NCBI GenBank assembly: GCA_965247295.1
Contig: CBDFGQ010000006.1
Location: 235,868 to 299,867 of the forward strand
Reading direction: 5' to 3'
DNA: 64,000 nt
Origin: Dehalococcoidia bacterium
GTDB lineage: Bacteria; Chloroflexota; Dehalococcoidia; Lucifugimonadales; JAGWBF01
Position numbers and translations under genes: made by a program. The first letter of the stretch is position 1, and the number at the start of each line of letters is the position of its first letter. Of the stretch, positions 18,343-27,497 are shown piece after piece. The notes beneath the pieces are model-generated. The model searched no databases, was not told the DNA's origin, and saw nothing but the letters and a program-made list of their open reading frames with translations.

Positions 18343-18544
18343 CAGTGCTCACCTTTCCTATCGACATATCCACTACGGTACGGGTTCAAGGGAATTATAT
18401 CTATCCCTTATATTAAGCGCAACTGAATTGGTGGGCTTCATGTCCCCGCAAAAAGCCTTCACGAGGCCGCTGGGTGCCCTGCGGGCGGACACCAACCGGT
18501 GTTACAATTCTCTCGATGACATTTTCACGCGCTAGCAAAGAAAC

Positions 18545-19720
18545 GTGGGTGAGACCATGCGCCGGTGGCTGAGCAGGGCAACCATTGCCCTTATGAGACT
18601 AGTACTGCGTCCTCTGGGGCTGCTGCCAATACCTCCCCAGTTGCGAGCCACGGTCAGGGCCGTGCTATTTATAACCCAGGTCCTGCCGCTCCCATTCAAG
18701 CCCCAGGAGTGGCTGCTTCCATCCCCAAAGCGGGAGCCGGTCACCTTCCAACTGGACGGGGAAGAGGGCAGCGCGGATATATTCAGGATCGCCGACGGCA
18801 GGGTACGCGCCGGGGTCCTGGTGTACCCTGGCGCGAACCCGGGTCTGAAGACCGACCCCCGGGTGGCGAATCTGGGCAACGCCCTGGCGCGGGCCGGATT
18901 CGTGGTGATGGTCCCCTGGTCTCCGTTTCTTCTACAAAACGAGCTCTCCCCCTCCGACCCGGATTACCTGGTGCGGGCCTTTCAGTACTTCAGGGGGCTG
19001 AAGTGGGTAGACAAGGACCGCGTCGGCATGGGTGGGTTCTGCGTGGCGGCCTCCATGGTATTGGTTGCCGCCTCCGACTCGCGCATAAGCGGTCAGGTGG
19101 ACTTCGTCAGCTCCTTCGGCGCTTACTACGATCTTAAGGACCTGATAAGGCAGATCTCCACCAAACGGAGGTTCTACCGGGACGCGTCGAAACCCTGGTA
19201 TCCCAGTGATAACACTCAGAGGTTCCTAGCCAACCAGCTGATCGGCGGGCTGGAGGAGCCTGAGAAGGATGTAATGACCGGCGCCTTCCTGGGGGAGGAC
19301 GATGGGGAACAGCCGCAGCCTGACGGATTTTCGATGGCAGGCAAAACGGTCCACGGCCTCCTCTCGTCCATGGCCGCCACCGAGGCGGACGGTCGAATTA
19401 GCCTTGAAGAGGCCGAGTCCCTGTTCCAGCGCCTGCCCACCAGCCTGCTGGATGATATGGACAAGGTCTCGCCGGCAGCCAGCATCGGGGGGCTGAGGGC
19501 AAGGCTGCTGATTGCCCATGACAGGGAAGACGACGCGGTCCCCTCGGAGGAGTCCCGGCGGCTGGCCGATGCTCTACAGAAGCACGGGGACCTGCACTAC
19601 ACCGAGTTCTCCTTCATCTCCCACGTTACGCCCGGAAGGCCGGTGGGACCACTCACCTTTATCAGGGAAGCCTTCAAGCTGTTCAGGTATACCTACAAAG
19701 TCATCCGGGTGAGCACCTAA
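18545..19720 (+). CDS. Alpha/beta-hydrolase-fold protein
   Basis: RVGMGGFCVAAS elbow, HDREDDAVP, C-terminal His. Confidence 0.6.
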   Translation: MGETMRRWLSRATIALMRLVLRPLGLLPIPPQLRATVRAVLFITQVLPLPFKPQEWLLPSPKREPVTFQLDGEEGSADIFRIADGRVRAGVLVYPGANPGLKTDPRVANLGNALARAGFVVMVPWSPFLLQNELSPSDPDYLVRAFQYFRGLKWVDKDRVGMGGFCVAASMVLVAASDSRISGQVDFVSSFGAYYDLKDLIRQISTKRRFYRDASKPWYPSDNTQRFLANQLIGGLEEPEKDVMTGAFLGEDDGEQPQPDGFSMAGKTVHGLLSSMAATEADGRISLEEAESLFQRLPTSLLDDMDKVSPAASIGGLRARLLIAHDREDDAVPSEESRRLADALQKHGDLHYTEFSFISHVTPGRPVGPLTFIREAFKLFRYTYKVIRVST

Positions 19721-19838
19721 CATCTCCAGCAGAAGAGGTTTCCTACCAGCCAGAGGTGGTGTATTCGAGACCGGGGATTTGAGTGATACGGAGGTTGTGC
19801 TAGAATGACCTTGGGCACATATCAAGAATATACACGAG

Positions 19839-20402
19839 GTGACGATGCCCAAAAATTACTGGATGGTGGTAGCCAGTCCGGAGAGCTTTAGGACTACGCG
19901 CCAGCTGGGCTTCACCCTTCAGGGATTGCAGGCCCAGCATCAGCGGAAGCTACAGCGGATAGAGCCCGGAGACCGGATTCTTTACTACATAGGGGGAGAC
20001 CGGTATTTTGCCGCCACAGCCACGGTGACGTCGCGGTACTTCCAAGACCACAATCCGGAACACAAAATGCGAGGTGGACGGGACTGGACCTTTAAGGTCC
20101 GTATCCAGCCGGAGGTAATTCTCGACGATAGAGATTACATTGATGCCCGACAACTGGCGCCCCGCCTGGACTACGTGCGCAAGTGGCCACCGGAGAGCTG
20201 GTACATGGCATTCGCCGCTAGCAAACTGCACCTCCTCCCCAAGAGAGACTTCATGCTGGTAGAGGCGGAGATGCGGAAGCTGAAGTCCGCTAACTCCCAG
20301 GCACACTCCAATGTAGACCGCGTCGACGGCCACCTCGAGGTAAGGGCGGAGGAGATGCGCCCGGAACAAGAGGAAGCTGCAAGCGAACAAGCTCAAGGCT
20401 GA
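19839..20402 (+). CDS. EVE-domain protein
   Basis: NYWMVV..PE.F...IEPGDRILYY. Confidence 0.8.
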   Translation: MTMPKNYWMVVASPESFRTTRQLGFTLQGLQAQHQRKLQRIEPGDRILYYIGGDRYFAATATVTSRYFQDHNPEHKMRGGRDWTFKVRIQPEVILDDRDYIDARQLAPRLDYVRKWPPESWYMAFAASKLHLLPKRDFMLVEAEMRKLKSANSQAHSNVDRVDGHLEVRAEEMRPEQEEAASEQAQG

Positions 20403-20438
20403 AAGACCAGGGGGCTGGCTAGTCCGTTAAACCGCTCT

Positions 20439-21563
20439 TTAATCCGCGCCCTGGGCAGCACGTATCTCTTCCGCTACCTCGGCGTCGCGCTCAAGAGACA
20501 GCGCTTCCTCGAGAGCCGCCTCGGCACGTGCGCCGCCTAGCCTTCCCAGGGCCCAGGCCGCATGGCTGCGGACCAAGGGCTCCCCATTCCTCAGGGCGGC
20601 CGCCAGGGCCGGGACCGCGGTCTGGTCTCCGGCGTTGCCCAGGGCTACGCAGGCGTTCCGTTGCAGACCAACGCGCTTGGCCCGCTTGATGGGGCTGTTT
20701 CGGAAGCGCTCCCGGAACTCCTCATCGGTCAACTCCAGCAGGGCGACCAGGTCCAACGTACCGAAACGGCGCTGTTTGAAGGCCTGCTCTTTCGTATAGA
20801 CAGCCTTGACGTTCACCGGGCAGACGTCCTGGCAAATATCGCAGCCGAAGACCCAGTCGAACATTAGGGGACGGAGGTGGCGTGGGATGGGGCCGCGGTT
20901 TTCTATGGTCAGATGGGAGATGCACCGGGCGTTGTCTATCACGTAGGGGGCGACTATGGCTCCCGTGGGGCAAGCGTCTATACACCGCACGCAATTGCCG
21001 CAGGTCTTTTTCAGCGGCGGGTCGGGCTCCAGCTCCAGGTCCGTGATCAGCTGACCCAGGAAGACCCAGGAGCCGTGGGATGTGGTGAGCACGTTGGTAT
21101 TCTTGCCGAACCAGCCGATGCCCGCCCGCTGGGCCACGGCCCTATCCAGCATGGGTCCGTCGTCCACGTACCAGTTCGCGCGTAGTTCGCAGCCGAGGCG
21201 CAGGGAGAGCCCCTCGGCAAGGTCCCTCATGCGGTCCTTCATGACCCTGTGGTAGTCGTCACCCCAGCTATAGCGGGCCACCTTTCCGGCATTGGGCCCA
21301 GACGCTTCCCCGTCGGGATCAGGTGCATAGTAGCTCATGCCCACGGATATGATGGACCTGGCCCCTGGAAGTAGCTCCTGGGGGCGGCAACCGCGGCGCA
21401 CACGGGACTCCGTGTACCAAGGCAGCCCGTCCATCAGGCCGGCCCGCATCCGCTCCAGGGTAATGGCCTCGTGGTCGGCGAAGTCGTGGGCCGAGGCTAT
21501 CCCCACCAGGTCGAAGCCCAGCTCCCGGGCGTACTCTTTCACCTGCCGGCTCGACGTATCCAT
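20439..21563 (-). CDS. queG: tRNA epoxyqueuosine reductase
   Basis: ARYSWGDDYH, GWFGKN, CGNCVRCIDACPTGAI, GCDICQDVCP, HEAT tail. Confidence 0.95.
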   Translation of the reverse strand: MDTSSRQVKEYARELGFDLVGIASAHDFADHEAITLERMRAGLMDGLPWYTESRVRRGCRPQELLPGARSIISVGMSYYAPDPDGEASGPNAGKVARYSWGDDYHRVMKDRMRDLAEGLSLRLGCELRANWYVDDGPMLDRAVAQRAGIGWFGKNTNVLTTSHGSWVFLGQLITDLELEPDPPLKKTCGNCVRCIDACPTGAIVAPYVIDNARCISHLTIENRGPIPRHLRPLMFDWVFGCDICQDVCPVNVKAVYTKEQAFKQRRFGTLDLVALLELTDEEFRERFRNSPIKRAKRVGLQRNACVALGNAGDQTAVPALAAALRNGEPLVRSHAAWALGRLGGARAEAALEEALSLERDAEVAEEIRAAQGAD

Positions 21564-21653
21564 GGACAGGTATATTATGCCACACTCCCAGCCGGTAGTG
21601 GAACGGGCCATGTAGCCGTGGGAAGTGCAAAACTATGACAGCCCGCGGAACGG

Positions 21654-21682
21654 TTGACAGGGTGCACGCGGAAAGATATACT
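21654..21682 (+). promoter_or_regulatory. Sigma70-type promoter
   Basis: TTGACA-17 bp-TATACT. Confidence 0.8.
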
Positions 21683-21699
21683 CAGTTATTGAAGGGTTT

Positions 21700-21713
21700 A
21701 GTACATACGTTCT
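21700..21713. promoter_or_regulatory. Candidate LexA (SOS) box
   Basis: AGTACATACGTTCT, one mismatch to AGAAC-N4-GTTCT, just downstream of the -10. Confidence 0.55.
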
Positions 21714-21751
21714 GATTCAGGGAATAAATGTGCAAGCGAGGAGGCTCTCCG

Positions 21752-22183
21752 ATGGACAGGAATGACTCACTATTGCTAACTGTTGCTGCCTCGGAGGGGG
21801 CTGGGCTGACACCCGTGCAGCTCCAGAAGGCGCTGTTTCTAATTGGGGAATCGAAGCTACAAGGGCTGCCACCCGACTATTATGAGTTTATCCCCTACAA
21901 CTATGGTCCCTTCGGCTCGGACATTTATGTTGATGCCGATAAACTCTCTGCCGAGGGCCATCTAGCACAGATACCTGTATCTGGAAGGGCTTGGTCGATT
22001 TATCAGACAACCTCCGCCGGCCAAGAAAGGGCGCAACAGATACAGTCAGAATGCGATCCCGCGCTGGCAACCCATGTCAAAGCGGTTGTGCAATGGGTCA
22101 GATCGTTATCCTTTGGCGAACTGTTGCGGGCAATCTATGCCCAGTACCCAGATTTCCGCCAAAATAGCGTCTTCCAAGAGTAA
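21752..22183 (+). CDS. SocA/Panacea (DUF4065/YwgA)-like winged-helix protein
   Basis: QLQKALFL...YEFIPYNYGPF..IY.D...L...G...IYAQYP; GAGGAGG RBS. Confidence 0.7.
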   Translation: MDRNDSLLLTVAASEGAGLTPVQLQKALFLIGESKLQGLPPDYYEFIPYNYGPFGSDIYVDADKLSAEGHLAQIPVSGRAWSIYQTTSAGQERAQQIQSECDPALATHVKAVVQWVRSLSFGELLRAIYAQYPDFRQNSVFQE

Positions 22184-22191
22184 TCCGAGAT

Positions 22192-22974
22192 ATGACGCTG
22201 ATTATCGGCATCAAGTGTTCAGACGGCATCACAGTTGGTGCTGATAGTGCAGCGACTCTGGGAACCACTACTGGCCTACGGACCGTCATTCAGCCCATGG
22301 CAAAGCTAAGCATCGTACGCGGACAGGCAATCGTCGCAGTATCTGGCCCGGTAGGTACCGCTCAACTTTTCAAAGATAGAGTAGACAGCGCCTACAACGA
22401 TTTGAGGAATATGAGCGCCGAAGATGCAGGTCGAACACTACGCCAGGCGTTCTTGCAGGACCAAGAGATTACGCTGAAGGTGGCGAGCCTAGCCCAGAGT
22501 GTGGTCGGTCCGGCTGCCCAGGGTGACGTTTTGTGCCAAACCCTCGTGGCTGCTGCCCCAGGAAAGCCACCTTACTTGGTTCAGTTCGATTATCAGTGCG
22601 CCCCTGAACTAGCCACCGACGACTTGCCATTCGTCGCGATAGGGAGTGGCCAAAGCATAGCGGACCCATTCCTTGCATTCTTGCGGCGCGTGTTCTGGCA
22701 AGATTCACTGCCCTCGCTCAACGAGGGCAGTTTCGCTGCTGTATGGACGCTACAACATGCTATCCTCGCGGCTCCCGGAGGGATTGCCGCACCCATCAGC
22801 ATCGCTAACTTGCAGGTAACTAGTGGGCAACCATCCGCTAGGCTTCTGCCGGAAGGTGAAATAAAAGAGCACTACGAGGCCGTCGGCGCAGCAGAAGATC
22901 GCCTGCGTGAATTCCGTTCGGAGCAAAGGCCAGGGCTCTCGGAACCCAAACCCCCGGCTGCGCCTACGGGTTAG
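22192..22974 (+). CDS. Proteasome beta-subunit-like Ntn (Thr1) protease
   Basis: M-TLIIGIKCSDGITVGADS, downstream Lys (MAKL), VSG, FVAIGSG. Confidence 0.8.
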   Translation: MTLIIGIKCSDGITVGADSAATLGTTTGLRTVIQPMAKLSIVRGQAIVAVSGPVGTAQLFKDRVDSAYNDLRNMSAEDAGRTLRQAFLQDQEITLKVASLAQSVVGPAAQGDVLCQTLVAAAPGKPPYLVQFDYQCAPELATDDLPFVAIGSGQSIADPFLAFLRRVFWQDSLPSLNEGSFAAVWTLQHAILAAPGGIAAPISIANLQVTSGQPSARLLPEGEIKEHYEAVGAAEDRLREFRSEQRPGLSEPKPPAAPTG

Positions 22975-23163
22975 GCGACCTTTCTCACCATCCACCGTAT
23001 ATCGTCTATCTCCCCAGCATCATGGCGTGAGTTTTGCACTTCCCTCTATCCCTGTGCCTCCTACCCGGCGCGGTAGCAAGGTAGCCCCGTATGGGTTATA
23101 ATTGTCCCTGCCCAGCTTCCCGTCAGAACGGTCGGGCGCAGTACGCAAAGATGAGGTGTAACT

Positions 23164-23628
23164 ATGCCAGCAGAGGTCGGACAATCGGCCCCGGAATTCA
23201 GCCTGCTTTCTCAGTCAGGAGACCGGGTCAGCTTGAGCCAATACAAGGGACAGAAGAACGTGGTCCTCTCCTTTCACGTCTACGATTTCACAGGCGGTTG
23301 AACGAACCAGGTCTCCTCGTTCAGGCAGTCTAACGGCCAGTTCGAGGAGAAGGGTGCCCAGGTACTGGGCATAAGCTGTGACAGCCACCACTCCCACCGG
23401 TCGTACTCGACCGGACTTGGAAACATCCCTTACCCACTGCTGTCCGACTTCCACCCCCACGGAGAGATGAGCAAGTCCTACGGCCTGTGGAACGAGGAAC
23501 GGGGCACCAGCAACCGTGCGGTGATCATCGTGGACAAAGGGGGCATCGTGCGGTGGAGGAAGGAGTACGCGGCGCCCGCCATACCCAACCCGGCGGACAT
23601 CCTGGCCGAGCTGGACAGGCTAGGCTAA
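23164..23628 (+). CDS. Selenocysteine-containing peroxiredoxin (AhpC/TSA, AhpE-like), TxxU
   Basis: MPAEVGQSAPEFSL...FHVYDFTGG-TGA(23299)-TNQ...VLGISCDS...YPLLSDF...RAVIIVDKGG; UGA sits at the peroxidatic Cys position. Confidence 0.88.
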
Positions 23629-23766
23629 AGGGAATTTCGGGACCAGACCCAGGCCCGCCCACGCGCAGAGTTCCCGGGCGGGCCTGCTTGCTGTCTGGGA
23701 GGAACCAGGCGGCCGTCGAGTGCGGTGGGTAGACATCCTACGGCAGGCACGAGGGCAAGGCACTCA

Positions 23767-24711
23767 ATGGTTGTGAATAAACAAGTTGCTAAGGCGGAGG
23801 AGAAGGACGGCCCCGCGGATAGCCCGCTGGCGTCACACACGAGCTCCGACACCCGAAAAAAGAGAGGGGCGTTTGAGGAGGGGGACCTGGCGCTCCTGAT
23901 AGACCGCAAGGGAAGGAGATACCTTCTCACGCTGAAGGTGGGGGACACATTCCACTCCCACGCGGGGACCCTCCCTCACGCGGAGATAATCGGCCAGGAG
24001 CAGGGGCGGACCTTCCGCACCAGCATGGGGCAGAACCTGCTTGTCTTCCGGCCCACCCTGGGAGACTACGTGCTGGAGATGCCCAGGGGGAGCCAGGTCA
24101 TCTACCCCAAGGACCTGGGCAACATACTGATAATGGCCGACATATTCCCCGGCGCCACAGTGGTGGAGGCCGGGCTGGGTTCCGGCGCGCTTACTGTGGC
24201 CCTGCTAAGGGCCGTGGGGGAGGGCGGCAATGTAATAACGTATGAAATCCGGGAGGACATGGTGGAGCGGGCCTTGAGGAACATCCGGGCCCTCACGCCC
24301 GGTCCGTCCCATCACGATGTCCGCCTTCAGGACATTTACAAGGGAATCGAGGAACGGGACGTGGACAGGATAGTCCTGGACGTGCCCGAGCCATGGCACG
24401 TAGTTCCCTGGGCCGCCCAGTCCCTTTCGATGGGAGGCATCGTACTGAGTTTCCTTCCCACCATACTCCAGGTCCACCAGCTGGTTGAGGAGATGACGGC
24501 GGACACTCGCTTCGAGCTGATAGAGACGGTGGAGGTGCTGCTGAGGCCCTGGAACGTGACCCATCGCAGCGTGCGCCCCGTCCACCGCATGGTGGCCCAC
24601 AGCGGCTTCATCACCACCGCCCGCAGGTGCATTAGGAGACGGCGCGCGATCGGCGAGGCGACACCCGCAGGTGAGCAGCAGAACCCTGTAAAGGAGCAAC
24701 AGGATGGATAG
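23767..24711 (+). CDS. trmI: tRNA (adenine58-N1)-methyltransferase
   Basis: MPRGSQVIYPKD, VEAGLGSGALT, LDVPEPW, RPVHRMVAHSGF; start uncertain. Confidence 0.93.
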   Translation: MVVNKQVAKAEEKDGPADSPLASHTSSDTRKKRGAFEEGDLALLIDRKGRRYLLTLKVGDTFHSHAGTLPHAEIIGQEQGRTFRTSMGQNLLVFRPTLGDYVLEMPRGSQVIYPKDLGNILIMADIFPGATVVEAGLGSGALTVALLRAVGEGGNVITYEIREDMVERALRNIRALTPGPSHHDVRLQDIYKGIEERDVDRIVLDVPEPWHVVPWAAQSLSMGGIVLSFLPTILQVHQLVEEMTADTRFELIETVEVLLRPWNVTHRSVRPVHRMVAHSGFITTARRCIRRRRAIGEATPAGEQQNPVKEQQDG

Positions 24712-25276
24712 GGAGAGCACCCTTGAGGACCTTCAGGAGTTCGTCAAGTCCGAGAGCCTGATGAAGCACCTCCTGGCGGTGGAGGCCTCCATGCGCGCCT
24801 ACGCCCGCAAATTCGGCGAGGATGAGGATGAGTGGGGCATCGCGGGATTGCTGCACGACTTCGACTGGGAGGTAGTCCCCACCCCGGAGGAGCACCCCAC
24901 ATACGGCGCCAACATACTCAGGCAAAAGGGTTACCCGGAGCATCTTGTCCGCGCCGTGCTCACTCACGGTGACCACACGGGTATTCAGCGGGAGACTCCG
25001 ATGGAGCACACCCTGTTCGCCGTGGACGAGCTCTCGGGCTTCATACGGGCCGTGACCCTGGTGAGGCCCAACAAGAGCCTGGACGAAGTCACCCCCAGGT
25101 CCGTGACCCGCAAGATGAAGGACAAGGCCTTCGCCCGCGACGTCAACCGGGACGACATCTCCAAGGGAGCTCAGGAGCTGGGGGTAGACTTGGACGAGCA
25201 CATAACCTTCGTCATAGAGAGCCTGAAGCCGGTGGCACGGGAGCTGGGGTTGAACACGGGCATCCAGTCAGAGTAG
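24704..25276 (+). CDS. HD/HDIG-domain hydrolase
   Basis: KHLLAVE, GLLHDFD, VDELSGF, KDKAFAR. Confidence 0.88.
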   Translation: MDRESTLEDLQEFVKSESLMKHLLAVEASMRAYARKFGEDEDEWGIAGLLHDFDWEVVPTPEEHPTYGANILRQKGYPEHLVRAVLTHGDHTGIQRETPMEHTLFAVDELSGFIRAVTLVRPNKSLDEVTPRSVTRKMKDKAFARDVNRDDISKGAQELGVDLDEHITFVIESLKPVARELGLNTGIQSE

Positions 25277-25371
25277 GGCTGATAGGCACCGGCACGTTTG
25301 GGCCATGGGCCAGTTGCGGCGTGTCTATATGTGGATCGGGAGCGCTGAATCGTCGGCACGGCCTCCAAAGA

Positions 25372-25893
25372 TCAGAATGGGCTGCCCTGGAGGCCCTGAA
25401 TCCCCCTGAGGAGCCAAATTTCCCCCAGATGGTTGTGCCCGTGGGTGAGCATAACGGTGCCCAGGACCTCCCCCAGGGTCAGCTCTCCCAAGGGGCGTAC
25501 GGTCAGCTTCCGCTCCAGGTCCCCCTCTGTGAGGGTATCCAGGTAAGGCGGGACCTCTTTCCACACCTGGCCCATATAGGTGCAAAAAGCTGGAACGTCG
25601 CTGATGCGGAGCGCAACCGCCTCCTCCGGGCTCATGCCGGTGCCCTGGGCCTTTGAGTCAAGGCCAAACCTTTCGTCCCATTTCCCCTCTATCCACACGG
25701 TGGGCCTGCGCTGGAGAACGAACCGTATCAGATTGTCTACGGTTCGAGTGTAGTGCCAGGCTACAAATGCGATGTGATTACCCTTGTCGTTGGGCCTCCA
25801 GTGGGCCTGTTCATGGGAGAGGCCACTCATGGCTTCGTCTAGCGAGGCCTGAAGGCCATCAAGTGAGCGCCTTATGAAGTCCAGCTGGGACAT
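25372..25893 (-). CDS. DinB-family protein
   Basis: NHIAFVAWH...THGHNHLGEI. Confidence 0.85.
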   Translation of the reverse strand: MSQLDFIRRSLDGLQASLDEAMSGLSHEQAHWRPNDKGNHIAFVAWHYTRTVDNLIRFVLQRRPTVWIEGKWDERFGLDSKAQGTGMSPEEAVALRISDVPAFCTYMGQVWKEVPPYLDTLTEGDLERKLTVRPLGELTLGEVLGTVMLTHGHNHLGEIWLLRGIQGLQGSPF

Positions 25894-26115
25894 GGCATCC
25901 CTCCTCGGTCTGGGTACGGGTAATAGCCTTCGCCGTACCCCCGTGCCCATCCACGGCACCCCTTTCAGGCAGCTTATCTGAGGTACGGTATGGTGGCACC
26001 CAGTCTATCCCCATATCAGCGCGGTGGCAAGATTCCCCGCCAGCGCCTTCCCTACTCCGTGATGGGTTTGGTACACTTTGTCGTGGCTCCGCCCCGGGGG
26101 TAAAGTAGATCGCCT

Positions 26116-26787
26116 ATGATGGACGCGGTTGAGGAGGAGGCAGAGATCAGGAATCGGTACATCGTTCCGGGACATCCGGAGCGAAACGGTGCGACGAGTT
26201 GGAGAGTGAGACCACTTTTCTGGTGGACCGGCCCGGCCATCCTGGCGGTGCTGCTGCTGGCGGTGGCGTGCAATTCGAGGTCCGCCGGCGCGCCCGATAG
26301 CGCCCCGTCCGACGCTGCCGAGGGTGGCGGGACAGCGGTGGTCCACCGTTTCCTCATCGGAGGTTGGATCAACCCCCTCAGGGAACAGGAAGGGCCTTTC
26401 GAGGAGACCCTCAGGGGATTCGTGATCACCCAGGAGGATGAGCTGCGTCAACTCCTGAAGGGCCTGGACTATATTCGCCTCCGGGGCAGCACCCTGACCC
26501 TGGACCGTGTGGACTATGCCGAGGAGGTGGTCCTGGCAGTCTACCACCTCTGGCGTCCCCTCAAGGGAGATCCCCTGTCTATTAGGGGCATACAGGTCAA
26601 GGGAGAACAGGTGGAGATCGATGTGGAGCTGCTGGATGACCCCCTCGGCCGTGAGTTCCCCTATCTTTTGGCCCCTTTCTACATAGCCTCTATCCCTAGG
26701 GAGAACCTGCCCAGCGGGAAGCCAATAAGTTTCGTGTTCGTCGTCAACGGGAAGGCTGCGGGCACTCGCACCGTCACTTTGGAGTGA
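26116..26787 (+). CDS. Hypothetical lipoprotein
   Basis: LLLAVAC lipobox-like; start uncertain. Confidence 0.6.
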   Translation: MMDAVEEEAEIRNRYIVPGHPERNGATSWRVRPLFWWTGPAILAVLLLAVACNSRSAGAPDSAPSDAAEGGGTAVVHRFLIGGWINPLREQEGPFEETLRGFVITQEDELRQLLKGLDYIRLRGSTLTLDRVDYAEEVVLAVYHLWRPLKGDPLSIRGIQVKGEQVEIDVELLDDPLGREFPYLLAPFYIASIPRENLPSGKPISFVFVVNGKAAGTRTVTLE

Positions 26788-26816
26788 CCCCCCGCGGGCG
26801 GGATGCCCCGCTGTCG

Positions 26817-27494
26817 CTAGTCCAGGTACCGGAATACTATGGTCAGGTCGTCCTCCCTGAAGGTAATGTAGGCGTCCTCCCGCCCTTTGTGGAGGCGGCG
26901 CTTTTCCTTAACCGTCTCCTGGAGCGCGAACACAGCTTCCTGGGGAGAACCTGCACCTCGTAGTATTTCCGCCAGCTCCTCGGGGGACACGTTGTCTATG
27001 ATCCCGTCCGTCAAGAGAATGATCCTGTCCTCGGGCATGAGGGTTACCGAACTGTGCTTGTAAGCGATGGGGGAATGGAGGCCCACCGCGCCGCTGGCCA
27101 GATTGCTCATAATGCCCGACCACACAATCGTGCTGAGCTCCCTCAGTTCACCACCCCGGAGTAGGTACACGGGGCTGTCTCCCGCATTTACGACGTGCAG
27201 CTGGTCCCCCAGCTTTAGCGCCACCGATGCGGTGGTTAGCAGGCTGCGCCCCCTCCCACTCTGGTAAAGCGTGGTGTTCGACTGCTCCAGGACAGATATC
27301 AGGTCCTCCAGCGAACCGATTGGGGCATCCTGGAGAAGCTGTTGGGTGAAGGCACTGGCGTAGGCCCCTTCACAGTGGGTAACCCCGTCGAGAACGGCGT
27401 CCAGGGAAGCCGTGGCACTCAGCTCCCTGATCAGAAGTGCATCCTCCCCGTGGGCCGAGTTGTCCTGGTATGAGGCCGCCGATCCGTTATTCAT
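26817..27494 (-). CDS. PP2C-family protein phosphatase
   Basis: GEDA, VLDGV, NAGDSPVY, LLTDGI, EDDLT. Confidence 0.85.
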   Translation of the reverse strand: MNNGSAASYQDNSAHGEDALLIRELSATASLDAVLDGVTHCEGAYASAFTQQLLQDAPIGSLEDLISVLEQSNTTLYQSGRGRSLLTTASVALKLGDQLHVVNAGDSPVYLLRGGELRELSTIVWSGIMSNLASGAVGLHSPIAYKHSSVTLMPEDRIILLTDGIIDNVSPEELAEILRGAGSPQEAVFALQETVKEKRRLHKGREDAYITFREDDLTIVFRYLD

Positions 27495-27497
27495 ACG

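Noticed and set aside
18343..18545. SAM or cobalamin riboswitch upstream of metE
   Set aside because: No recognisable conserved core motifs by eye; an Rfam scan would settle it.
21631..23171. AACTATGACAGC / AACTATGCCAGC as a target duplication around the protease cassette
   Set aside because: Only 11/12 match, the second copy overlaps the Prx start codon, and no integrase is present; may be chance.
23215..23460. Minus-strand 81-aa ORF and short plus-strand ORFs here
   Set aside because: Shadows of the UGA-containing peroxiredoxin.
22192..24711. Pup-proteasome locus (trmI lies near it in Actinobacteria)
   Set aside because: No arc/mpa, pup, dop, pafA or alpha subunit; the protease has no propeptide.
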